Part shown: in pieces, positions 53,167 through 63,196 of the stretch
Layout: every line of letters starts with the position of its first letter
How positions within the stretch are numbered: position 1 is the stretch's first letter
Virus record (IMG/VR): IMGVR_UViG_2824834302_000001
Source: an uncultured virus (IMG/VR IMGVR_UViG_2824834302_000001)
Lineage: Duplodnaviria > Heunggongvirae > Uroviricota > Caudoviricetes
Direction: 5' to 3' (one strand)
Length of the DNA stretch: 64,000 bases
Made by a program: the position numbers and the translations under genes
The notes under the pieces: generated by a model
What the model saw: the letters and a program-made list of their open reading frames with translations, nothing else
Database searches by the model: none
What the model was told of the DNA's origin: nothing

Positions 53167-53605
53167 TGCCGCTGCGGCCATGGCCGTGGCGCTCGTCGGA
53201 TCGTTCGAGGGCTTGCGGCAGAACGCCTATCCCGATCCGGCCACTCAAGGCCAGCCGTGGACGATCTGCTACGGCAGCACCAACGGCGTGAAGCCGGGTG
53301 ACCGCAAGAGCGTCGAGCAGTGCAAGGCGCTGCTCTCGCTCGAACTTCAGGCTTATGCTGCCGGCATTGACGGTTGCGTGAAGGTCCCGCTGCCGGATCC
53401 TCGTTTCGTGGCGCTCACGTCGTTTGCCTACAATGTCGGCATCAAGGCTGCCTGCGGCTCGAGCGCAGTAAAGCTCATCAACCAGGGCAAGACGGCCGAG
53501 GGCTGCGAGGCGCTTCTGAAGTGGAACCGCGCCGCCGGGATTGTCTTTCCCGGCCTCACCCGGCGCCGGCAGAAGGAACGTCAGTTCTGTCTCGAGGGGA
53601 TCTGA
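53141..53605 (+). CDS. GH24 lysozyme endolysin (possible SAR N-terminus)
   Basis: FEGLRQNAYPD..WTICYGST, SFAYNVG, GLTRRR..E. Confidence 0.92.
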   Translation: MANRLQKGSAAAAMAVALVGSFEGLRQNAYPDPATQGQPWTICYGSTNGVKPGDRKSVEQCKALLSLELQAYAAGIDGCVKVPLPDPRFVALTSFAYNVGIKAACGSSAVKLINQGKTAEGCEALLKWNRAAGIVFPGLTRRRQKERQFCLEGI

Positions 53606-53964
53606 TGTTTGGCCTTTCCAAGCCCGTCGTCGCCGGCCTCGCCGCGCTGCTCATGGTGCTGGCACTGGCGGCCATCGTGCTGCTCGGCGTCCGGGAGATC
53701 CGCTCCATGGTCGACGAGGCGGCGGTGCGCGGCAAGGCGCTCTCCGACGCGGAATGGAGTGCAAAGGTCGAAAAGGCCAATGCCGAGGCGAATAGGCGGA
53801 TTGCCGACCAGGCGAGTGCCGTCGTCGAGATCCAGGCGGCGGCGACCGATCGCGTCAATGCCGCTTCCCAGCAGCTCGAGGAATTGAGGAAGAGAAATGC
53901 GGCCCTCCCTGATGGCAATGCTACTGGCCTTTCCCGCGATCGCGTCCGGATGCTCCCTGACTGA
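53605..53964 (+). CDS. i-spanin (Rz-like)
   Basis: N-terminal TM plus coiled coil after the endolysin. Confidence 0.75.
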   Translation: MFGLSKPVVAGLAALLMVLALAAIVLLGVREIRSMVDEAAVRGKALSDAEWSAKVEKANAEANRRIADQASAVVEIQAAATDRVNAASQQLEELRKRNAALPDGNATGLSRDRVRMLPD

Positions 53965-54172
53965 CAGGCCGGAACCCGTCGTCATTACCCGGACTGTCAA
54001 GCCGATCCTGCCGCCCGAATGCCGTAAGGAGACGCCGCCGCTTTCGCCGAAACCTGACCGGGGCATGTCGCAGCAGGAGATCTTCGACAATTGGTCGGCC
54101 GACCGCACGGCGCGAAACATCGGCGAAGAGCGCCGCAAGGCATGCGTGACCGCGGTCGACGCGACGAAGTGA
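53897..54172 (+). CDS. o-spanin (Rz1-like lipoprotein)
   Basis: Overlaps i-spanin 3' end; lipobox IASGC; Pro-rich. Confidence 0.75.
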   Translation: MRPSLMAMLLAFPAIASGCSLTDRPEPVVITRTVKPILPPECRKETPPLSPKPDRGMSQQEIFDNWSADRTARNIGEERRKACVTAVDATK

Positions 54173-54256
54173 AATCAAACATCTGACGCGCAGTCCTGCG
54201 CCGCCAGCCCGGCGGCGATCGAAACTTCATCCTGTCACTCACGAAAGGAAATGACC

Positions 54257-54589
54257 ATGGCACTTTCAGGGCTTCATGTCGCTTGGGGTTATGCCGGCGG
54301 CGACGGCTACAACAGCGCGAAGCAGGCGATCTTCATCGACGGCCAGCGCAGCGAGACGCTGGCGTCCGCCGGCTCGACGACGCAGGGTGCGCAGGGTGGC
54401 GGCCATCGTCGACCGATGGCGCGCGTCCGCGCCTCGGCTGACTCCTGGGTGGCCTTCGGCAAATCGCCGGATGCCTCGCAGGCGGTCGGCTCGACGCCCG
54501 ACACGACCAGGTTCTATGTGCCGGCAGATGGTGACGATCATGATTTCTATGTCAACGCCGGCGACAAGATCGCCTGGGTCGCCGCATAA
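54257..54589 (+). CDS. Small beta protein, possible head-spike base
   Basis: AAAGGA SD; VRASADSWVAFG..P...FYVNAGDKIAW; coupled to next gene. Confidence 0.6.
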   Translation: MALSGLHVAWGYAGGDGYNSAKQAIFIDGQRSETLASAGSTTQGAQGGGHRRPMARVRASADSWVAFGKSPDASQAVGSTPDTTRFYVPADGDDHDFYVNAGDKIAWVAA

Positions 54590-57147
54590 TGGGCGGCCTC
54601 GCGAAATCGGTGCGGCTTCGTCGTTCGTTGGCGAAGCTGCCAGGGCTGGCTGGCGGCACCCCGTCACAGGGCGGTGGTGGCTCTCCATCTCTTCCGACCT
54701 TCGTTTTTCAGGCGGAGACGGATGCACTCAACGCCGCAAAGACGGCAGCCGGCATACCGATGTCCTATGCGCAGAAGCTGGCCTTCGACGAGGTCATCAC
54801 GCGCATCAAGGGCGTCGGCGTCAGTATGTCGAACGCAAAGGGGCTGTACACCCCGGATACGCCGACAGAGATCAACTCGCGCGTCAACAAGTTCCACCCA
54901 GGAACGAACGATCTGACCCTGACGGGTGCGGGTACGCCGACATACACCGCGAACGACAGATGGGGTGGCTGGTCGTCGACCACGAAATACAACACCGGCA
55001 TCGGCCTCCAGTCCTTCGCCCAAGGCCAGTTCACGATCTTCTACTACAGCCGGACAGCAACCGGGGCCGCCAGCGGCGACTTCGGGGCGCAGACGGCAGG
55101 CGGCGACGGCATCGGGGCGAACATCCGAGATGCCAGCAACAAGTTCAACGCCCGCCTGCAGGCGGCAAATTATGCCTCAGCGGCAACTAATATAACCCCT
55201 GGCCAGGGCATGTATAGCATTCGGCCCAACAAGCTCGATACCTTCGGCATCACGCGCGAGGCGCCCAGCGTCACCTATGTCGCCCCTGCCACCAACCCGA
55301 CAATCCATCTTGGTGGCATCAATGGCGGCGCGGTATCGGCCCACGACTGTGGCCTCTTCGCCATCTTCGATATCACCTTGAGTGATGCGCAGTGCATGGA
55401 GATCAGCGCCGCGCTGCTGGACTACTATCTGAAAATCCGCTTCGGCATGGTCAGATACTATCAGGCCGGCAAGGCGCCCACGACAGTCAACTGCGACGTC
55501 TTGGTTTATGGCGCAGACCCGGCGGCAATTGCTTCGGCAAGGGCGGCCAAGGAAGAAGGCAAGGACGCCATTCTCGTTCTTGACTCACTTGCTAAAACCG
55601 AATGGGATATCGGCGGCATGCCCACGAACGGGCTGGCTTATATCGATAGCTATGCGTTCACTGCCTGCAAAGGGTTCTATCGCGACCTCACATCGTGGGT
55701 GAACAGCACCATCATCAATCGTGCGGATAGCAACACGCAAACCGGAAACTCCGTCGAGTGCTGGCAGTTTGTCCAGGGCATCAGGCGCTGCCTTGACCCG
55801 ACGCGAACGAACGGAACGCTGATCCTTGGGATGGATATCCCCGTCTACTTCTCGACGGGTATCGCCTCCATCACGGCGAATGGAACCAAGGATACGGCGG
55901 TCGTCACGAACGACGGACGAACGTTTACCGCCAAGGAGTTCATCGCGGCCGACTACGACGGCGAGTATATCCATATGTCGCCGGGCATCCCGACAATTAC
56001 GGGCAGCGAGGCGGCGGGGTCTGGTTCCGAAGCGAACAACGGCTACAAAGGCTCCAGCGCCCTCAGCAAGCCCTATGGTTCGGACATCAGCCCGTACATT
56101 GTAGACGGCAATCCGGCCTCCGGTCTGCTGCCGGATATCCAGGGCGAAATGCCACTTCCCGGCTTGACCGTCGATGGCCCCGATCCATCCATCCAGAGCA
56201 TGAACTACCGCTTGGCGATGACGAACGATCCGGCGCGCAGAGTGCCCGTCACCACGATCGACCCGCATCGCAACTACAACGCGCTCCGCTACGAGACAGC
56301 GGCGCGCGCCTACGTCCTAAATCCGAGCGTCACGATCGGCAACCCTGCCAACACGCAGACCATCCTGCAGTTCGCTGTTGGCGGCACGACCGACAAGATG
56401 GACGTGAACAATGGTTCTGGCGGCCTATCCACCGACTTGCCCGGCAGCGGCTACCGGTACGCCACCGCAGCGAATGCGGCAGCGCGACAGGCAGTCATCG
56501 ACGATCTCCGCGATTATCAGCTCGGCTGGTTCTGGTGGCATTCCAACTCCGCCGATATCCGTATTCCATCCACGTTGGTCACGCAGTTCCAAGCGTTCGG
56601 CCTGGACGCCCATAATTTCCTGAACCCCGGTCCCACAGGTCTGCTGTTCTGGCCGAACCGGCCCTATCAGCGTGATCCGATCTGGAGGCTCAAGAACACC
56701 GGCTACGTCTCCACGGCGCAGGACTACTGCAAGACGGACGGCTCCGCGCTCAGAGACGACAGGACGGTGGCCGTCACTTCGTATGACTGTGATAAGCACC
56801 CGCCATGGAAAGTCGTCTCTGGTGGGTTGCTCTATACACAGGGTGCCGTTCCGGGCGGCCTTGTGGCCGGTGCGGATAAGATTGCCCCCATCCCCCTGGC
56901 GGCAATCGTTCCGGACGCCTCGGTCAAGACGAATGTCATCGTCCCATGGGCTTCCTCGTCGACTGCCCTTTGCTGGTATATGGAGCGCCTGGAGTTGACC
57001 GGGGCCCTGAAGGGCACCGCCGCTGGGTATATGGCGTCCATGGCGATCGACGGGAATATCAACGTCCAGGATGTCGACTACCCGACATTGCGGGCGAAGA
57101 TCCTGGCAAGTTACGTCAACCACCCGATCTTGCCGCAGGTGGCTTGA
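54589..57147 (+). CDS. Large protein: Gly-rich N-terminal peptide, beta domain, FAD-dependent-oxidoreductase-family domain
   Basis: DVLVYG, IGGMPTNGL, ISPY..GNPASGLLP, QSMNYRL, DVNN..STD motifs. Confidence 0.7.
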   Translation: MGGLAKSVRLRRSLAKLPGLAGGTPSQGGGGSPSLPTFVFQAETDALNAAKTAAGIPMSYAQKLAFDEVITRIKGVGVSMSNAKGLYTPDTPTEINSRVNKFHPGTNDLTLTGAGTPTYTANDRWGGWSSTTKYNTGIGLQSFAQGQFTIFYYSRTATGAASGDFGAQTAGGDGIGANIRDASNKFNARLQAANYASAATNITPGQGMYSIRPNKLDTFGITREAPSVTYVAPATNPTIHLGGINGGAVSAHDCGLFAIFDITLSDAQCMEISAALLDYYLKIRFGMVRYYQAGKAPTTVNCDVLVYGADPAAIASARAAKEEGKDAILVLDSLAKTEWDIGGMPTNGLAYIDSYAFTACKGFYRDLTSWVNSTIINRADSNTQTGNSVECWQFVQGIRRCLDPTRTNGTLILGMDIPVYFSTGIASITANGTKDTAVVTNDGRTFTAKEFIAADYDGEYIHMSPGIPTITGSEAAGSGSEANNGYKGSSALSKPYGSDISPYIVDGNPASGLLPDIQGEMPLPGLTVDGPDPSIQSMNYRLAMTNDPARRVPVTTIDPHRNYNALRYETAARAYVLNPSVTIGNPANTQTILQFAVGGTTDKMDVNNGSGGLSTDLPGSGYRYATAANAAARQAVIDDLRDYQLGWFWWHSNSADIRIPSTLVTQFQAFGLDAHNFLNPGPTGLLFWPNRPYQRDPIWRLKNTGYVSTAQDYCKTDGSALRDDRTVAVTSYDCDKHPPWKVVSGGLLYTQGAVPGGLVAGADKIAPIPLAAIVPDASVKTNVIVPWASSSTALCWYMERLELTGALKGTAAGYMASMAIDGNINVQDVDYPTLRAKILASYVNHPILPQVA

Positions 57148-57278
57148 TCAACCAAGCGACCGGCCGACCCGCTGCGAACGGGGCGACCGGTTTCTCGCAT
57201 CCCTCGGACACCGAGTCCCTATTATCAAGTGATGGGATGGAGCAATCGTGCCCGACGAACCTTCCGACTAGGGTTAAG

Positions 57279-57734
57279 ATGACATCACCAACCTATATTG
57301 GGCCGGGTATCTGGATACGCATCCAGCATCGCTTCGGCCCGCGCATGATGGAGTGGTTCATGGCCTTTCATACGGCCATGTGGGGCTTCGTCCTGCTGCT
57401 GCCCGGAAATTCATTCGAGCAGCCAGCCTGGATCGGGTTCCGTGCCGTGTTTCAGAACGACGACACGCTCGGATGGGGCATGGTCCTTATGGGAGCGCTT
57501 CGCATCGTTGGCTTAATCGTCAACGGGGCTAGAAAGAATGTTACGCCAGTCATCCGGCAGGCGTCCGCAGGCATTGGCTGCCTTATCTGGGTAGGCATAT
57601 CGTATTGCTACGCATCCTCCAATGTCATGAGCACATGGCTTGCCATCTATCCACTTTTCGCAATTGGCGAGCTTGTCAATATTCATCGCGCTGCTCATGA
57701 CCAGGGGGAAATACGGAATGGAAAAACTCGCTGA
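57279..57734 (+). CDS. Four-TM membrane protein
   Basis: PRMMEW..., LIVNG; hydrophobic helices. Confidence 0.7.
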   Translation: MTSPTYIGPGIWIRIQHRFGPRMMEWFMAFHTAMWGFVLLLPGNSFEQPAWIGFRAVFQNDDTLGWGMVLMGALRIVGLIVNGARKNVTPVIRQASAGIGCLIWVGISYCYASSNVMSTWLAIYPLFAIGELVNIHRAAHDQGEIRNGKTR

Positions 57735-58047
57735 CCTCCCGACGCCGGCGCTCATCGTTTTCGGTGCCACCCTCGCCGTCATCTTCGCGGCTCGATACTT
57801 CGGCCTGATGAATGGCGAGCGCACTGGTCCGGTCAACAGCCCGGCCGCAGCGCAAGTCGCGACGATCATTGTCGATCCTACTGCGCTCAATCGACTGACG
57901 GATCAAGCGTTCCGGCTGAACGAAAATCTCGAAGATATGACGGCGATCGCGAAAGAGCGGGTGCGCGTTGATGGGCTCATGGCCACCGAACTTGATCGCA
58001 TTCGTGAGGAGCTGCGCATCCAGCGGGAACTGGCGAGGCGCAGCTGA
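57718..58047 (+). CDS. TM plus coiled-coil protein
   Basis: Overlaps the upstream gene; N-terminal TM. Confidence 0.6.
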   Translation: MEKLADLPTPALIVFGATLAVIFAARYFGLMNGERTGPVNSPAAAQVATIIVDPTALNRLTDQAFRLNENLEDMTAIAKERVRVDGLMATELDRIREELRIQRELARRS

Positions 58048-58051
58048 GGCT

Positions 58052-58315
58052 TCAACTTTGGCTGTCTCGCATGGCATTCCAGGCCGAGGCGGCCCGCCAG
58101 GCCTGATGTTCGCATTGGTTGCCGCCTTCGCGAAAAAACGGCGCCGTCTTCACGGTGACTTTCCTCTTGCATTTCGGACAGGATACGACCGAGGTCGGCC
58201 CATAGGCGACGTCTGGCTCGACACCGTGGCATCGGTTGAGGTGCGGCGTGGCGTCGTCAATCGAAAGCGGAAGCATGTGCCGGACGAAGTTTATATCGGA
58301 AGTCCGTGCCATCGG
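58052..58315 (-). CDS. Small Zn-finger-like hypothetical protein
   Basis: CHG...CPKC...AWN pattern; low-GC moron near attR; start approximate. Confidence 0.45.
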   Translation of the reverse strand, partial: PMARTSDINFVRHMLPLSIDDATPHLNRCHGVEPDVAYGPTSVVSCPKCKRKVTVKTAPFFREGGNQCEHQAWRAASAWNAMRDSQS

Positions 58316-58502
58316 ACCATAATAATTCCGTTTCATAGAGGGAGCCATCAATTATTACAGATGGCTCCAGAGGGATGCTGGTCAACATTTCGGTAACGAT
58401 TGCTTTGCTTGATGCGGCAGAAATTAGCCTCAGCGGCATTTTGCCGAGGCCCTCCGCAATGACAGTCAGTTTCTCGTCGTCGGTCATCTCTGGTGGCTCC
58501 GC

Positions 58503-58524
58503 GCGGACCGATTGCGGACCGCTT
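58503..58524 (+). repeat. Putative integrase arm-type sites near attR
   Basis: GCGGACCGATT GCGGACCGCTT, same motif as 818-855. Confidence 0.75.
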
Positions 58525-58603
58525 CGCTGGACATAATTAGAACAGGCGAGAACATATAGAAACCGCCGGTCCCGGATTCATTGGGCTTTCCCGAAGCATC
58601 CTC

Positions 58604-58651
58604 CGTTCGGGACGTGGGGGTCGAGTGTTCGAATCACTCCACTCCGACCAG
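58604..58651 (+). repeat. attR core (48-bp duplicate of tRNA-Pro 3' half)
   Basis: Identical to 701-748. Confidence 0.95.
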
Positions 58652-58654
58652 CTA

Positions 58655-58680
58655 GAAACCCCGCTTCGGCGGGGTTTTTC
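58655..58680 (+). terminator. Rho-independent terminator (original tRNA terminator)
   Basis: AAACCCCGC-TTCG-GCGGGGTTT followed by T-tract. Confidence 0.85.
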
Positions 58681-59040
58681 GTTTGTACGAATCTCAGCCA
58701 AAATTCCCCCGGATTCACCGGAGCGAGTTCAACCGCCCGAAATCCCGTCCTTCTCCGGTTATAATCTGCAGGAAAGGTATAACCGAAGCGCGGCTGGCGG
58801 AAGCTCGGTGCATCGGCAACGCAAGAATCGAAGTTCGAGCCGATCCCAGGTTTTGAGCTGCGTCTCCATCCAGGTGCCCCAAGCGCAATTTGCGGACCGC
58901 ACGAGCGCCGCTCTGGATTTCGGACTCATCTATGCTAGCATCGAGGTCTGCGTGACTGGCGATGAAGGTGGATACCACCGGGGAGCGTGGGAATTTGGCC
59001 GCTCGCCTGGGCATCTGGATCATTTTTGCGAAGGTGCCCC

Positions 59041-60333
59041 ATGTCGTCCCGCATCGAAAGTGAACGGCTTGCGAATTGTCTAGCCGAACTTGATCAACTC
59101 ACGAATTGGGAACGCCGCCCGCGCGGCGATATGCGGGTCGATCTGGAGCCGATGCGCGATCTCGCTCACCGGCTTGGCGATCCCCAGAACAGCTTCCGTA
59201 TCGTCCATGTGGCCGGCACCAAGGGCAAAGGCTCGACTTGCGCCCTGGTCGAGGCGGGTCTTGCGCAGGCGGGCTTCTCCGTCGGGCGGTATGCCTCGCC
59301 GCATGTCATGCACATCACCGAGCGCGTCAGCATTGATGGCCGTCCGGTCGGCGAGGAGCGCTTGGCGGACGCGCTTGGGGCAGCGCTGGCGGCATTCAAA
59401 GACGCAAGGCGAGAGGCGACAGCCGCGCAGGGAGCAACCTGGTTCGATATCCTGACGGTTTCGGCCTTGCTGATCTTCAGCATGGAAGGCGTGGAGTGGG
59501 CCGTTCTCGAAACCGGACTTGGAGGGCGGTGGGACTCGACCAATATCGTTCAAAGCGATGTCGCCGTTATCACCAATATCGATCTCGAGCACACCGAAAT
59601 CCTCGGCAAAACCCGCGCGGCCATTGCCTTCGAGAAGGCGGGAATCATAAAGCCCGGCACAACGGTCGTCACACTCCTGCCGGAGGCGGATGAGGCAGGC
59701 GCCGTCGTATCCGCCCGGGCAGCAGAACTCGGCTGTGCCGTGCGACGCCCCATCGTGCCGGCCGACGCAACGATTGAGCAGCGGAATGTTGCCGTGGCGG
59801 GAGCGGTTCTGGATGTCCTCGGAAAAATGGGCGTCATGACAAAGGGCGCAAGCGCGATGTCGGAGCCTCTTGGAGAACAGCTCCTCGATCCCTCGACGAT
59901 CGAAGCTGCCCGCCTGCCGGGACGGCTCGAAAAAATCGCCGTCGTCACCAGCCACGGCGATAAGGTCAACGTGGTGCTGGACGGCGCGCATGTTCCCTTC
60001 AACCTTGCTGCGGTTCTGAGCGACCTCTCGCAGGAAGAAAAGTACCGCGCTCCGTGCATTGCCGTCGTGTCAATTGCGGAAGACAAGGACGCGGCAGGCT
60101 TGCTATCGACGATGACGCGCCACGACATGTCGATCATCTTCACCACCGTCGGCGCCAGATCGCGTTCGCCGGAACAGCTGAAGACGATTGCAGACAGCCT
60201 CGGGCTGCTGAGCATCGTCGTGCCGGACCCGCTCGAGGCCTATCAAGAAGCACTGGCCGGCGCCGCGGAATCGGGCGCATGGGTTCTCGTGACGGGATCG
60301 CTCTATCTCGTCGGCATTATCCGTGCGGCGTGA
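59041..60333 (+). CDS. folC: FolC-family folylpolyglutamate synthase / dihydrofolate synthase-like
   Basis: HVAGTKGKGST, ETGLGGRWDSTN, EKAGIIK, PGRLE, LDGAH, VTGSLYLVG. Confidence 0.88.
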   Translation: MSSRIESERLANCLAELDQLTNWERRPRGDMRVDLEPMRDLAHRLGDPQNSFRIVHVAGTKGKGSTCALVEAGLAQAGFSVGRYASPHVMHITERVSIDGRPVGEERLADALGAALAAFKDARREATAAQGATWFDILTVSALLIFSMEGVEWAVLETGLGGRWDSTNIVQSDVAVITNIDLEHTEILGKTRAAIAFEKAGIIKPGTTVVTLLPEADEAGAVVSARAAELGCAVRRPIVPADATIEQRNVAVAGAVLDVLGKMGVMTKGASAMSEPLGEQLLDPSTIEAARLPGRLEKIAVVTSHGDKVNVVLDGAHVPFNLAAVLSDLSQEEKYRAPCIAVVSIAEDKDAAGLLSTMTRHDMSIIFTTVGARSRSPEQLKTIADSLGLLSIVVPDPLEAYQEALAGAAESGAWVLVTGSLYLVGIIRAA

Positions 60334-60418
60334 GGCCGAGCGGGTGTGAATGACTCCGACCGGAACGCGGTGGAGAAGAAGCCGCCGCCGCTGGAACGTG
60401 CGGCGCTATGCTGCGATC

Positions 60419-62006
60419 TCAGCCGCCGACTGTGATTTCACCATCCGCAACACGTTTGACAAATATCTTCAGACCTTCATGCCTCAGTTTCTTCCAACCG
60501 CCGTCGGAAACCATTGATTTAGCCAGATCGGCAAACCCGGTCGTGAGGTAGGGAACCTGCGATGCCGGTCGTTTGCCGAGCGCTTGAATCAAGCAGTCAG
60601 TTCTTGGTGGGGACGAGAATGAGTTTCCTGAACGTTTCATGCCGATCTCCAAATGATCTGTGCCATCTGGAAATCTGATCGTCCCATAGCCGCACTTGGC
60701 CGCGGCATTCACTTCGGCCTTGGAGAGATTGTCTTGCAGAAGAAATGACAGCTGGCTGAAAGTGTTGTCGGTGTAGTCGAACTGACCCAGTACGATGAAG
60801 TCCAGCTCGTTCTGCCCCTTCTTGGCGCCTTTGATCTTGCCATAGAAGTTGGAATTCACCTTAGTGTCCTTGCCTGTCTTCATGGCAAGCATTTCGCCCA
60901 GCTTGATATAGGTCCTCGGTTTTGACGAAACGTTTTCGGTACCAGCCGCGGCGTCGCCTGAAGGCAGACTGGCGGTCTCCGGCTTGGCATAGGCGTCAGC
61001 GAAGGCTCGCAGTGTCGTGAGATTGAGCGCTTGGGGAAGCGAACCGCTCTCGAACTTGCGGCAAGAGAGAGCGGCTTGCCGTGTTGCCTTGTCAGGCTTG
61101 CCCTCAACATTCCCTGGCTTGCAGCCCAAATGAGCCAGTTGCTGCTGCAACGTCTTGAGCAAAACTGCTTGTTCGGCGGAATAGGCGCTGACACCGCGGG
61201 TCACACTGACATTGCGGACATCGATGCCGATACCATCCGGCTGCACCACGTCAAACTGGGACGTATGATGGTCATAGTTCTTCCATTCATTGCCCCAACC
61301 CATCATCACCGGGCCGAGAATGAAGTTGAATGATTTTGGGTCGCGGTTTGATTGCGGCTCGCACTCGTTCGATTCCCAGCAATGCGGAGCCTGGTTGGTT
61401 GCTTCGCCTTCGGCGGCGTAGATCACCTTGTTGTCGCAGCTTGCCGTAACCCATCCGCTGTCATCGTTTGCCCATCGGATTTTCAGCGAGAATGTCGCCC
61501 ATTTGCCGAAATCTTCCGGTTTTTGGCACTGGCGGGCGAGAAAGTTGACGCCGTTGCGCGTGTCGGCCTTCAGCATATAGATGAAATTGTGGATTGCCGG
61601 TCCTTCCCAGGACGCGAAACGCAAATGGCTGTCCCAGCCGTCGGGATAAAAGCCATTTGCGGAGTTGTTGTGCCAGCCTTTGTAGGCAAAAGTCGGATCG
61701 AGCCGGAAATCAAACTTGTATTCGACGCTTTCGCCAACCCTCATGTCTCGCGTATAGCGAATCGTGGAGCGGACGTTGCCATTGCGGCAATCATTTTCGC
61801 CGCGTCCATCTCCATAGTCGACATTGGAACACTGACGGTCGAATATCTCAAACCGGGTCACGCCGTCCTTGACCTCCGGTCTGACCGATCCGTTGAACTT
61901 GTGGCGCTCAAAACCTTTGGGGGAGCGGATCGGCAGTCGCTGCTGCGTGGGTCGCAAAAACCATAAGCGCGCCAACCGCCAGTCCAACTATAGGATTTTT
62001 CAGCAT
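60419..62006 (-). pseudogene. Secreted polysaccharide-lyase-like/PG-binding protein, frameshifted after the signal peptide
   Basis: GGAGGAGG SD plus MLKNPIVGLAVGALMVFATHAAATADPLP joins the long ORF only if one C is removed from the C5 run (61919-61923). Confidence 0.7.
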
Positions 62007-62082
62007 AGCCCCTCCTCCAAATTGGACTCCAACCATATCACGATCTCTTTTGGAGGGTCGGGTTTAGATCAGGTTCAGATCG

Positions 62083-62205
62083 ATGCGGATGCAATTAGCG
62101 ACGACACCCAAGTCCAACACGGAATTCTGGACGAGCAAGTTCGAGAAGACCGTATCGCCTGATCGGCGCATCATGGCCGAGATCGAAAGGTTGGGTTGGT
62201 GGGGA
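62083..62205 (+). pseudogene. vsr: Vsr endonuclease fragment
   Basis: ATTPKSNTEFWTSKFEKTVSPDRRIMAEIERLGW resembles the Vsr C-terminal half; N-terminus absent. Confidence 0.65.
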
Positions 62206-62230
62206 TGCCACACAGGGCCGGCGGTCGAGG

Positions 62231-63196
62231 CTATGTGCTCGGAGCCCCAGCGCTCAGCAGCGCCCGTACCAATGCCGCCTGGTTGCGTACGCCGGTTTTG
62301 TCGAAGATGCGCTGTAGCTGGGTGCGCAACGTGTTGACACTGACCCCGAGCAGATCGGCGGCGGCTGCGAGATCGTGGCCATCGACGATCAGGCGGGCAA
62401 GCCGGGTCTGCGCCGGCGAGAGGCCGAAGACCTCCCGCGCGCTCGCGATCCGGCGCACCACAGTCTCGGCGTCGTCGAAGGAGACCAGCGCCTTGCCGTC
62501 CTCGAGCAGAACCCAGCAGTGGAGCGGAATCCCGGCCGCGTCTTCGCCAAGCGCCACCGCCCAGGCCTGCTTCGGCGCGATGTTCAGCGGCCTCTGGCTC
62601 TGCAGCTCGCGGAACGCCAGGCGCACCGCCTCCCGCAGTGCTGCGTCGTGTTCGCGCTGCCGGGCACGCAGGCGGCCGGCGGCGGCGACGAGCCCGGGAT
62701 GGCCGTGCATCCGCTCCCGCGCCAGCCGGTTCGTCCAGAGGATCCTGGCATCCGTGTCGACCTCGATCAGCGGGCAGTTCGCCTCCTCGACGCTGCTCTC
62801 CATCATCACCATGCAGCCGATCTTCCAGGCGCCGTCGATCCGCTGGAGGATCCGCAGCTGGCGCTTGCGATCTTCGCCGGTGTCGCTGCCGATCTGATCG
62901 AAGGTCATCCAGGCCATGTTGCCGTCGACGACGATGTTGACCTTTTCCCAGCGGACGCGCTCCGAAAAGGCATATTTCTCCGGGAATCGCTCGACGATCT
63001 TCCTGATCCGCGCGGCGATCGGGTCCCAGCCTTCGTCCACCCGGACGCCGAGCGAGGCGAAATATTCCATCCGCCGGGTCTGCGGCGACTGCACCCAGTG
63101 GCTCGCCAGCGCCTCGAAGTCCCGCTGCAGCCAGGCCTCGGTTTCGGCGCGGATCACGGCCATGATCGCCGCCCGGTCAGCCTCGCTGTCGTCCAT
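62231..63196 (-). CDS. NTF2/SnoaL-like plus PAS-like plus LuxR-type HTH regulator
   Basis: C-terminal LSPAQTRLA...GVSVNTLRTQLQRIFDKTGV HTH; N-terminal NTF2-like segment. Confidence 0.8.
   Translation of the reverse strand: MDDSEADRAAIMAVIRAETEAWLQRDFEALASHWVQSPQTRRMEYFASLGVRVDEGWDPIAARIRKIVERFPEKYAFSERVRWEKVNIVVDGNMAWMTFDQIGSDTGEDRKRQLRILQRIDGAWKIGCMVMMESSVEEANCPLIEVDTDARILWTNRLARERMHGHPGLVAAAGRLRARQREHDAALREAVRLAFRELQSQRPLNIAPKQAWAVALGEDAAGIPLHCWVLLEDGKALVSFDDAETVVRRIASAREVFGLSPAQTRLARLIVDGHDLAAAADLLGVSVNTLRTQLQRIFDKTGVRNQAALVRALLSAGAPST

Larger units (their letters stand above)
701..58651. mobile_element. Apparently intact temperate prophage (~57.9 kb; HK97-type head, lambda-like non-contractile tail)
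   Basis: Bounded by a 48-bp direct repeat of the tRNA 3' half; contains integrase, immunity, replication, packaging, head, tail and lysis modules in canonical order. Confidence 0.96.

Noticed and set aside
46921..57147. Diversity-generating retroelement or invertible tail-fibre cassette
   Set aside because: No reverse transcriptase, invertase or duplicated TR/VR-like segment seen
58540..58553. Second LexA box upstream of the attR-proximal small genes
   Set aside because: GAAC-AGGCGA-GAAC has a 6-nt spacer, not the required 7
58604..58651. Second tRNA-Pro gene
   Set aside because: Only the 3' 48 bp is present; it is the attR duplication
58715..59023. Minus-strand 102-aa ORF between attR and the FolC-like gene
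   Set aside because: No recognisable motif or convincing SD; cannot be supported
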